Shown piece by piece: positions 53,512-64,000 of a stretch of DNA of 64,000 nucleotides. Origin of the DNA: Eledone cirrhosa (Eukaryota); assembly GCA_964016885.1 (NCBI GenBank), contig OZ024741.1, forward strand, positions 133,672,001 through 133,736,000. Reading direction: 5' to 3'. The notes below the pieces were generated by a model, which saw only the letters and a list, made by a program, of their open reading frames with translations, made no database searches and was not told the origin of the DNA. Both the position numbers and the translations under genes were made by a program. Each line of letters opens with the position of its first letter. Position 1 is the stretch's first letter.

Positions 53512-54100
53512 TATGTTGCTGCTGATGTTGTAGCGGCTGCTACTAGTGTTTTCCGTGTCACTGTTGCTGCTGCTGCTGCTGTTATTACGGCTGCTACTGC
53601 TATTCTTCATGACGTCAGACGAATGAAATGGCTTTCCGTATTTACCGCACAAATTTTTCGTCGTTGTCGTCGTCGTGGAGAAATGTTCCACGGTATGCAC
53701 ATGCTCTTGGTGAAAGCTATCAGAAACTATATTTTTCTTTTTCTTTAATGGCGTCGCTTGCGAAGGAGGCGACACCACATTTAGAGAAGGGAGGGAGAGA
53801 GACAATCTTCTCTCTGATGTAGTGACGATTGAGGAAGAAGAAGACGGAATGAGTGGGAGTGACTTGTGAAAATTCTTTTTTGTAGCCATGTTTTTTTTTG
53901 GTTTAAAATGAATATTGGGCACAAAACCCCAATAAGCGGTTATTTAACCCGAAGGACCAAACGGGCAGAAAGACCCCTCTCACGAGGAGGAGGGTGTTTT
54001 TATCTACAATTTGGTTAAAGTTTTAAACAATTTACAATTGTTATGGTGGTTAAAAATTACTATACCTTACAGAGCCGAGCCTCCGTCAACCATGGCATTC
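48139..54100 (-). mobile_element. L1/Tx1-like element (subfamily a), about 6 kb, apparently full length, decayed
   Basis: ORF1 about 53888-51824 with a CFRCGSKTHLSAFC knuckle; ORF2 from 51789 (IGSINARGL, APE, RT YADD, C-terminal finger) to 48391; (TAA)n on both flanks. Confidence 0.92.
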
Positions 54101-54140
<40 letters not shown>

Positions 54141-54143
<3 letters not shown>

Positions 54144-56088
54144 TTTCAAAATATCTCCCGTTATCAGGAGGTTCCTGTCTTTCAGTATGAAGACATGGAA
54201 AACGACACTCCTTTTGAATAGTGAAAAAAAATCACTGGAAGCTGGAGAAGTTAATATTAATTGTGGAATTTTTCAGGGTGACTCTTTATCACCGCTTTTA
54301 TTCTGCATCGCACGTATACCATTAAGTAAAATGCTCAATGAAACAAAACATGGATATAAAGTCTATGACAAAACCATTAATCACTTGTTCTACATGGATG
54401 ACCTGAAACTATTTGCAAAACATGATGAGTAATTGCAAGGGCTATTATCCACTGTGAAGCAGTTCAGTGATGACATTAAAATGGAGTTTGGACTAGATAA
54501 ATGCGCCAAAGCAACGTTCACCAGAGGAAAGCTTCTGAAAAGTTCAGACATTAATCTTGATCGGAGGAATGTGATAAGAGAACTTGATCAAGAGGAAACT
54601 TACAAATATCTAGGTGTTTGTGAAGGAGACGGAATCAAGCACTCGACAATGAGGGAAAGGATAAGGAAGGAATGTTACCGGAGAGTAAGAGCAATCTTAA
54701 GAACGGAATTGAATGCAAGGAATAGGATCGATGCCATAAACACGCTTGCCATACCAGTAGTAACCTACAGTTACAATGTCATCAACTGGTCAAGCACAGA
54801 GATCCGTAGCTTCGATACAAAAATTAGAAAATTCTTAACCATGCTCAGAATGCATCACCCTAAGGCAGATACAGATAGAATATATCTCCCTAGGAAAGAA
54901 GGAGGACGTGGGTTAATCCAGTTAGATATTGCGTTGAAAACTGCAACAATTGGATTATATACATATCTAAGGGAATCCCATGATTGGATGATCAAACTCG
55001 TTTTGAAACACGAAAGCATCAAAAGATCATACTCCATTACAAAAGATGCACAAAGATACAGTAATGGACTACAAATTTCAGAAGTTCCATTTACTGCTGA
55101 CATGAAAAACACAGAAAAAGCAAAGCAGGTAAAAGTAACTGCAAAGAAAGAACTGCTACAGAAACTGGCTAAGAAATGGCAAGAAAAGCCTCTGTATGGA
55201 AAATACCCAGAAAGAGCTAACAATCCTGATGTTGACAACACTTTAACCCATCAGTGGTTGGCATCCTCTGGACTGAAATCGGAGACTGAAGGACTAATTA
55301 TATCAGCACAAGATCAGTGTCTGCCAACAAAAAATTACCAAGCCAACATAATAAAAAGTGGATGCAATCCATTATGCCGTGTATGTAAAAAACAACCAGA
55401 GACCATTGATCATATAATTTCAATGTGCAGTCCTATAGCTCCAACCGAATACCTAAACAGGCACGACAGAGCTGCACAATACATACATTGCATAGTATGT
55501 AAGCATTTTGACCTGCCCCATCAAAAGAATTGGTGGGAGCATCAACCACCTCCCGTACTTGAAAAAGATCACATCTTAATCTTGTGGAACTTTAGCATCC
55601 AAACAGACCGAAAAATAGAAGCAAATAGACCTGATATAATACTGAAGGACTTTAAAAAGAGGGTATGCCTGCTAATTGATATGTCCGTTCCAATAGACAA
55701 GAATGTATGTATAAAAACATTTGAAAAATTGAGCAAGTATAAGGACCTGGAGATAGAAATTGGAAAAATGTGGAAATTGAGAACTAAAACAATACCAGTG
55801 GTTGTAGGCGCTCTAGGAATGATACCTAAGGGGTCTAATGATTACTTATCGTCGCAAATCCCAGGAAACCCGCGTGTAGGAGAAATACAAAAGATAGTAC
55901 TAATGGGAACTGCCCATATACTAAGGAAGATTCTGTCAATATAAGTACATCACAAGTCTAAACACCTAAAAATACATGTGTGTGTATGTATGTTCTTTCT
56001 TGAACATGGCGGACCTTGTTGTCTCTTGAGGTCACTGGTTGTGATATGGTGATAACTCGTATGAACATAAAGCAAGATAAATGCAACT
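54141..56088 (+). mobile_element. R4/Dong-like D2, 5'-truncated
   Basis: ORFs 54187-54432 and 54433-55944 nearly identical to 40870-42622, with one premature TAA. Confidence 0.92.
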
Positions 56089-56144
<56 letters not shown>

Positions 56145-56189
56145 TGTTTCTACTTTAGGCACAAGGCCAGCAATTACCCAGTGCATTAC

Positions 56190-58603
56190 TGAATAATAAC
56201 AACACCTGGAACAAAGATACGGCCATTGAATAAATGAATGGTGACGGGCTAGGACAAGATTTGGTTGATATCCTGAACTTAGTGGTAGATGAAATGAACA
56301 ATGATAGTGGAAAACCTATGAACCTAAGATTTGTAGACAGAAAAAAGTTAAAAGAAACAACAGCTAAGGTAAACAAAGTCATCCCATACCTTGAGGCGAG
56401 GAACCTCCACCAATGCAACAATATCCTCAAAGCAACAGCAAATGCGATGAGGAAATTACTTGGCATAAAAACGAGAGGAAACAACAAACAAGAAATATCA
56501 GAACCTTGGTGGAAGAAACGCCTGAATGGTCAAATCAAGGAAATGAGAAAAGACATTGGAAACCTTGAGTCCCTACTGAATGGGACATTACAAAACATAG
56601 ACACTAAAGATATATTGAAAATAAAGTACAAAACTAGGGGGAAAAAGCTAAATATTATCATAGAGGAACTGAAGCAACGCATTGTAGCACAAAGTGTAAA
56701 GATTAGGCGGTATGAGAACAGAGTTAGTCAGTATAGACAGAACCGCATGTTTGACAACAACCAGAAGATGTTGTTTGGACAGCTTGAAGGGAAAGAAAGA
56801 GGCAACGACTTGATCTCTGAGGCGGAACAGACTAAGACATTCTGGAAAGGAATACGGGAGCAGGATGTTGAACATAATAGTCAGGTAGTCTGGATTGAGA
56901 CAGTTCAAAAGGAGATTAGTGAACAAGCACACCAACAACCTGATTTGAGTATCACAGTTGAAACTCTTAACGGGCAGGCCAAAAAACTAACCAACTGGAA
57001 ATCACGAGGCCCAGATGGTGTTCAAGGGTATTGGATTAAAAATATAACTTCCCTCCACTCGAAACTGACAACCATGTTCAATGACTGCTTGATGACGGGT
57101 GAAGTACCAGAGTGGTTGACAAAAGGTACCACAGTTCTGGTAATGAAAGACCGAATCAAGTGTAATGATGTTACCAACTATAGGCCTATCACATGTCTGT
57201 CCGTAATGTGGAAACTGTTAACAAGCATTGTGTCTGAGGAAATCTACCATAACCTCTACATAAACAACTTGCTACCGGACGAACAGAAAGGATGCCGAAA
57301 GAAGTCTCGTAGTACAAAAGACCAGTTACTTATTGATAAGATGGTAATGAGGAATTGCAAGAGGAGACACACTGGTCTTGTCAGGAGAGTAAGGAGCGTA
57401 TTAAAATCACATCTAAATAGTAGGAATGTCATAAGTGCAGTAAATTCCCGAGCTGTGTCTATTATTAGGTACAGTGCGGGAATTCTGAAATGGAATGTTG
57501 CTGAACAAAAAGAAATGGATAGGAAGACTAGGAATCTATTGACTATCTACATGTTCCACAAGAGGAGTGATGTCGATAGACTCTACTTAAAGAGATCTGA
57601 AGGTGGAAGAGGTCTTATCAGCATAGAGGACTGTGTTCAGATGGAGAAAAACAATCTGCACAAATATGTGACTGGCAGTAGGGAGCCAATGCTCAAAATT
57701 GTACTGAAGGAGAAGACAATAGACCAGGGGATGTCCAAGGAGGAAATAACAACAAGGAGGAAGAGCAACCTTCATGAAAAATCCCTTCACAACACCTTTA
57801 AGAAAACGGAATTTAGAGATCCACAGACATGAAACTGGTTAAAAAGAGGACACCTTAAAAAAGCTACAGAAGGAATGCTAATGGCTGCGCAAGAGCAAGC
57901 TCTCAGAACGAATTGGGTGAAACACCATATTGACAAGGAGAAGGCTAGCTCACTGTGTAGGATCTGTGGAGAGAGAGAGGAGACTGTGGCTCACATTGTA
58001 TCCGAGTGTAAACACCTAGCCCAGACTCACTATAAAGGCTGGAGACATGATGTGATGGGCAGGGTGATCCACTGGCACCTATGCAAAGTAAACAATTTAC
58101 CACATTCTGAGAAGTGGTATGAGCATAAGCCAGAGTCAGTGATAGAAAACGATCAGGTGAAGGTGCTATGGGAATTCAGGATACAGACGGACAAGAAATT
58201 AGAACACAATAGGCCTGACCCGGTGGTTTTGGACAAGGAAAAAAGATCGTGCCTGATTGTACATGTAGCCTGCCCATTCGACACGAGAGTGCAAGAAAAG
58301 GAGAGGGAGAAAAATAACCGATACCAGGATTTAAAGTGGGAGTTAAAAAGGATTTAGGACTGTTATGAGATCGAGGTCGTCTGGATTGTCATAGGAGCAC
58401 TAGGTACTATCTCAAAGAGTCTTCAAGGATGGTTAAAGAAGATTAGTCCAGCCCCGCTTTTTGGAACACTTCAAAAGGCATGCTTGCTGGGAACAGCAAG
58501 AACCCTCCGATACGTCCTGACTATCTGAGGCTGCAGGTAGTGGCTTGATATTCATTTCAACAAACTTTCCAGTTAAATAACATCAATGACTGAGACTCAA
58601 AGA
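56190..58603 (+). mobile_element. R4/Dong-like D1, longest copy, RT core deleted
   Basis: ORF 56234-57832 jumps from QLLIDKMV..HTG to VRRVRS with no DxxKAFD/YMDD; REL part at 57875-58357. Confidence 0.88.
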
Positions 58604-58679
58604 ACAATAACAATAATAACAACAATAATAAATGCTTTTCCACATAGTTTTACTTGCTAATAATTCACTGTGTGTATTT

Positions 58680-58957
58680 GAATGGTATCTTATTTAATTG
58701 AACCCTGAAGGATGAAAAGTACAGTTGATTTCGGTGGAGTTTGAACTTAAAACAAAAACTGCAATGTAATTTTTCTAACTCTCCAGCGACTCTGCCAATT
58801 CATCACTTTAACAATTCTTTTTAACATTGGTACAACGCCAGCAATTTGGGGAAGAGGAATGTCGATTATATCGACTCCAGTACTTAACTGGTATTTTATT
58901 TCATCGACCACTAAGGGATGAAAGGCAAAGTTGACCTCGGCACGATTTCAAGTCAGA
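58680..58957 (-). mobile_element. Two adjacent degenerate Nin-domain-like SINEs
   Basis: aaggatgaaaagtacagttgatttcggtggagtttgaact and gggatgaaaggcaaagttgacctcggc. Confidence 0.7.
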
Positions 58958-58959
58958 TT

Positions 58960-60100
58960 TATTGCACACACTGAAACAATTCAGTGATGGCATCCATATT
59001 TGAATTTGGACTGGACAAACGTGCAAAAGCCACAGTCAAGAGAGGGTGGCTCTCAAACCACAAATATATTATAATACACCAACAAACCACCATAAAAGAA
59101 CTTAACAATGAAGAGTTCTACAAATATCTTGGAGTTGATGAAGGAGATGGAATCCAACATGCAAGTATGAAAGGAAAAGATACGGAAGGAGTACATAAGG
59201 AGAGTGAGACTGGTAACAAAAAGTGAGCTAAACTCCTGCAACAAGTTCAAAGCCATTAACAGTCTAGCAGTACCAGTGATAACATACAGCTTTAACATCG
59301 TAAACTGGAACCTACAAGAACTATAAAAGTTAGACACTATTGTCAACGGAAAAATACACCACCCTGAAGCATAGGATGTATATCTCAAGGAGAGAAGGTG
59401 GACAGCGGCTCAGACAACTGGAAGCTGCATACAAAACAACAACCAGTGCATTGGATAACTACCTTCACCACACCCGAGATGAACTTCTTAAGCCTGTACT
59501 CAAGTATGAACGAATTAAAAAAACTACACTCAATAACAAAAGAGGCAAACAAATTTAGGCAAAAACTGAACATGGAACAAGAGGCACCCATAGAAAATCA
59601 ACAACAGAGTGATGTACAGCTAGCTAAGACTGAAGATCAAAGCAAAAAAAACTCCAAACAGAGGAACTAAACCGAGAAGGCAAAACCTTTACATGGTAGA
59701 TTCCCAGAACGACGTTCTAACAATGATATCGATCAGCATGGCTCACTATCCTAGCTTAGAAGTGCTAGTTTGAAATAAGAGACAGGGGGGACTCTTAGTT
59801 GCTGCACAAGACCAAACTGTAAACACTCAGGACTATAGACACAGGATAGTGAAAGATGGGTTTAGTCCTTTATGCAGAATATGCTACAAACATGAAGAAA
59901 CGGTAGATCATGTTATTTCCGGTGTCCAGAGCTGGCAAAAACTGACTATGTAGACAGACACAACCGCATTGCCAAATATGTACGCTGGATCTTCTGACAT
60001 CCAAACTTCTGACAAATGGTATGAACATCAACCAAAGGCAACAATGGAAAAGGGCAACATATCCATCTTGTGGGATATGCCTGTGATAACCGACTGAGAA
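58960..60100 (+). mobile_element. Old degenerate R4/Dong-like fragment
   Basis: FEFGLDKRAKAT, YKYLGVDEGDGI, REEGGQRL remnants in shifting frames. Confidence 0.75.
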
Positions 60101-60341
60101 ATCGTGTATATAGTGACTGCTTTCAAGCAAACACTATATACACTTCTAGTCAACCTTACCACCCCTCTGTAGCCTATGTATCATATCAATATCTCCCTCC
60201 GCCTTCTGAGATATTTTCACTGCTACGAGGGATTAATCCCCTTTCTTGACCGGTGTATCACGTGATAGAGTCTCCCTCCGCCTTTCTGAGATTTTCTCGC
60301 ATGCTACGGACATATGTAGTTAGGGCTCTTCCCTGAGGTGC

Positions 60342-60432
60342 TCCCTTGATAAGCTGGCTTACCTCACAACAATGTTGTATATCTATGATATAACATTCTT
60401 GCATAGTGACCAGCGAAACTGTACAGTCGGGA
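60342..60432 (+). ncRNA. Type I HHR, U3-A8 core
   Basis: tccc-TTGATAA-gctgg..ccagc-GAAA-ctgtacag-TC-ggga. Confidence 0.75.
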
Positions 60433-60477
60433 CGAAAGGAAAAAATAGGTATATTGTATCTACTATTCCTTTTTATA

Positions 60478-60559
<82 letters not shown>

Positions 60560-60960
60560 TGTAATAAACAACATAAGGCAATTATTTTATTTACCAGTGG
60601 TTTCTTAAAAGCAAACAAATTTTGCTTTCAATCATCAGAATGAAAAAATCCTGGTGTATTTATTGACATTGGATTTTAAAAACAAAAATATAATCTATAT
60701 GAAAGTGAGGCTGGAAAAGGAAGAAGGAAAGGAAAAATAAACACACACGCACACACACACACACAATTACATACACACACATATACATATACACATTTAT
60801 ATACACATACATACACACACACATATATGTATATATATATATATACATACACATACATATACACATACATACATACACACATGTATATCACAACATATCC
60901 ATACATACACATACATACAAGTACACAAACATGCATACACACATACATATATATATATAT

Positions 60961-60991
<31 letters not shown>

Positions 60992-61304
60992 CATATATTT
61001 TGTGTGCATGTTTGTGTAGTTGTATGTATGTGTATGTATGGATATGTTGTGATATACATGTGTGTATGTATGTATGTGTATATGTATGTGTATGTATATA
61101 TATATATATATACATATATATGTGTGTGTATGTATGTGTATATATATATGTGTATGTGTATATGTGTGTGTATGTAATTGTGTGTGTGTGTGTGCGTGTG
61201 CGTGTGTGTTTATTTTTCCTTTCCTTCTTCCTTTTCCAGCCTCACTTTCATATAGATTATATTTTTGTTTTTAAAATCCAATGTCAATAAATACACCAGG
61301 ATTT

Positions 61305-61365
61305 TTTCATTCTGATGATTGAAAGCAAAATTTGTTTGCTTTTAAGAAACCACTGGTAAATAAAA
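61305..61365 (+). ncRNA. Type I HHR (mirror copy on the minus strand, 60585-60645)
   Basis: CTGATGA-ttgaaagcaaa/tttgcttttaa-GAAA-ccactgg-TA-aataaaa. Confidence 0.75.
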
Positions 61366-61488
61366 TAATTGCCTTATGTTGTTTATTACATAACTATTAA
61401 GCTCTGTTACCTACATAGAGCACTCTTTTTTCCTGGACCTTTCCGACGGAATTACTTCATTACACACACATACACACACACACACACA

Positions 61489-61583
<95 letters not shown>

Positions 61584-61815
61584 GTGATGAAACACAGATA
61601 CCAACACATCTGTATATATATTGCGAAAGAAAAATTTAGCCAGTTCATTACCTTATTCATTTTAATCTGCTCCTAGTTTGAGCTGCAAAGCCGCCTCATA
61701 TACACGACTGTTATTTCTAGCAGTACGGTTATGAGACTAGTTAGATACTGTAAAGCCATGTGCGCCACGCAGTCTTTTAAATTATTTAGAAGTGAAGCAT
61801 ATCAATTTGTCTCTG

Positions 61816-61943
61816 GATGTTTACTGAGGAGAGCGGGACTTGATATTCCTACACTTTTTTAACTCGAAACATATTTGGATCTTAAAGTCTAAACTTATCT
61901 ACGGAACAGGTTTGATTTTGAAATTTAAATGTGTCTAAACATC
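61816..61943 (+). ncRNA. Type I HHR with a large stem III insertion
   Basis: gatgttta-CTGAGGA-gag..ctc-GAAA-catattt..(about 50 nt)..aaatgtg-TC-taaacatc; perfect 8-bp stem I. Confidence 0.8.
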
Positions 61944-62178
61944 ACGGCCTTTTGCCAATACAGTTCGTCTCCGTTGATTTATTATTTTAAATCGATATGG
62001 ACAAACTGTAGTATAATAATTAGTATACTTCAATCTGGCTAAATTTTTCTTTCGCAATATATATATACAGATGTGTTGGTATCTGTGTTTCATCACATAC
62101 ATATTAATTTATACACTGCTCATGGGATATATTTTTTCCTCATTCGAGCTGATTCCATTGTAAAAGAATTCATTACCT

Positions 62179-62253
<75 letters not shown>

Positions 62254-62259
<6 letters not shown>

Positions 62260-62752
62260 GCCACCGGAAATAACATCTGTGAAATATACAGCGCCATCTA
62301 CCTGTTAGCTAGCTACCTCAACGCGAAACAAAAGAATCCTTAAAACCTACCAGAATAAACGCCTACACAGCGGCTAAACATCAAACGATTATTTCTGTAT
62401 AAATAGAGTGGTTCCAAACACTTCAGCAGTCGACATTTGGCAGAGTCAACTCGCGTATCGTTGTTCCTCGCCTCTGCCACGCTTTGTCACTCACACACGC
62501 CTTGTACCTCGTATCGTCGCTTCATGTGAAAATAAATAGCTGATCGAATTTACATCTGGCCTTGCTTCGTCCTTTCAACTTGTGCTTTCGTCTGTCCATC
62601 CTCAACAGTTCTTTTAAGGGCTATATGCGACAACAGTCCTTTTAAGGGCTATCTTCAGATCTGATCAGACCGTATGCGATAACAGTCCTTCTAAGGGCTA
62701 TTCTCGGATCTGATCAGAAGTAGTGACTAGACTGACTAACCACGTCGCTACA
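62254..62752 (+). repeat. 5' LTR
   Basis: TG...CA ends, TATAAATA about 62398, AATAAA about 62532, three aacagtccttttaagggctat-type repeats at 62604-62702; directly followed by the PBS. Confidence 0.8.
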
Positions 62753-62754
62753 AT

Positions 62755-62772
62755 TGGTGACGCCGACGTGAT
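62755..62772 (+). promoter_or_regulatory. Primer binding site, tRNA-Trp
   Basis: TGGTGACGCCGACGTGAT, one mismatch from the canonical Trp PBS TGGTGACCCCGACGTGAT. Confidence 0.88.
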
Positions 62773-62811
62773 CCGAACGCGCAACCAGATAGCACCTAAG
62801 AAAATATCAAC

Positions 62812-63653
62812 ATGGACATGTCACAAACGACAGAGGCCGAGATACCAACCACACAAGCGGCGTTAACATTGAAAGTCCCCGTTTTTGGTCCAACGACTCG
62901 ACTCTGTGGTTCGCTTACATAGAAGCGCAATTCGCCGCGAACAGAATTAAGAGCGATTCCGCAAAGCTCATCTACATCATTGGGTCTGTCCCGCCAGAAG
63001 TCTTAGCTGAGGTGAGGGACCACGTCATGGCACCACCGGGCACGGTGTCATATGAAGCATTCCGCAAGGAATTGATCAAGCGGACGACTGCGTCACAGCA
63101 GAGACGATTCAACCAACTCGTGTCTGAAGAATTGGGAGACAGAAAACCGTCCCAACTATTGCGAAAGATGAGACAGCCGATGGAAGACCAGCCGCTTTCA
63201 GAAGATCTGCTGAAACGGCTGTTTATACAGCGCTTGCCCTTATCGATGCAGGGCATTCTGGCGTCGACTAACGAGTCAGCAACCCCGGAGGAACTGGTGT
63301 GTGTCGCAGATAAGATCGCCGAGGTATCAAACCCTTTTGCTTCAGTAGCACAGGTAGATCGTCGGACGAACCCTTACGTAGCGTCCTCGGACTCCACCTC
63401 CGAGATTTCAGAGCTGCGTGCTATGATCAGAGAGCAGGCTGGTCTAATTAAAGCCTTCTCAAACCAATTAGAGAGCCTGACCTTGCAAACACACCGGCGA
63501 CGCAGCAACAGTCGGTCCAGGCCCTTTCACCGTCAAAGATCGAGAAGTCCCAGTCAAAATCGTGTACCTGGCAACCTCTGCTGGTATCACTCAAATTTCG
63601 GCGCACAGGATTCTAAGTGCAAAGGCCCGTGCTCTTTCCGGAATACCACCTAG
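62812..63653 (+). pseudogene. gag: gag (frameshift in the C run near 62880)
   Basis: MDMSQT..LKVP then a shifted frame FWSNDSTLWFAYIEAQF running into ORF 63012-63653 (LGDRKPSQLLRKM, CHCC motif). Confidence 0.82.
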
Positions 63654-64000
63654 GGCCTAGCGACGACGTTCATCCATGGTACTGAAAAGAAAAGTCGTCT
63701 ATTTTTTATTAACGACCAGGCGACAGGCATCCGTTACCTCGTGGATACAGGAGCCCAGGTTAGTGTTATTCCTGTTTCACTAATCCCGGGCAAAAGACAC
63801 CCAACGCCGTCCTTTCTGCAGGCAGTGAACCGATCGTCAATTTCCACTTTCGGGGAAAAATCCCTGACCCTCAATTTAGACCTGAGGCGGCGTTTTCAAT
63901 GGGTTTTCGTCGTGGCAGACCTGCCGACCCCGATCCTAGGAGCCGATTTTCTCCACCACTTCAACCTTCAGGGAAGCTTATTGACACCACCACAAACCTC
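63654..64000 (+). CDS. pol: pol, aspartic protease domain (partial)
   Basis: SRLFFIND..RYLVDTGAQVSVIP..ILGADFLHHFNL. Confidence 0.85.

Larger units (their letters stand above)
62254..64000 (+). mobile_element. Gypsy LTR retrotransposon (CsRN1-like), 5' part, runs off the window
   Basis: LTR TGTA..TACA, tRNA-Trp PBS, gag with FW..WF..IEAQF and CWYH-x9-C-x3-C, protease LVDTGA and ILGADFL. Confidence 0.92.

Noticed and set aside
44047-53822. Many plus-strand ORFs over the Tx1-like elements, and minus ORFs over the RTE and R4 elements
   Set aside because: Antisense shadows of GC-richer retrotransposon coding sequence.

Overview
This is eukaryotic, repeat-saturated intronic DNA, most likely from a cephalopod (Octopus-type SINEs, huge (TA)n tracts; this assignment is inference). 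The host gene is on the minus strand: the last exons of a class B (secretin/calcitonin-receptor-like) GPCR at 26759-26894 (TM6-TM7, GC-AG donor), 11343-11384 (42-nt GxxVAxxFCFxNxE exon) and a probable final exon starting at 1613. The introns hold four decayed Penelope-like elements (RT + GIY-YIG, CxCx5C linker), a full-length decayed RTE LINE with a target-site duplication, a 23-kb (TAA)n-centred pile-up of R4/Dong-like (+) and L1/Tx1-like (-) retrotransposons, many SINEs, two Helitron-like ends and the 5' part of a CsRN1-type Gypsy element. The main unannotated signal is about 25 type I hammerhead ribozyme (HHR) motifs that I folded by eye. They lie in Penelope pseudo-LTRs and in short non-coding tandem or inverted units inserted in (TA)n. 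Some units look like retrozymes (about 320, 430, 525 and 740 bp). Several have recurrent core variants (U3-A8, U4A, U4C) or large stem II/III insertions. Element boundaries are approximate and nothing was computed or searched.
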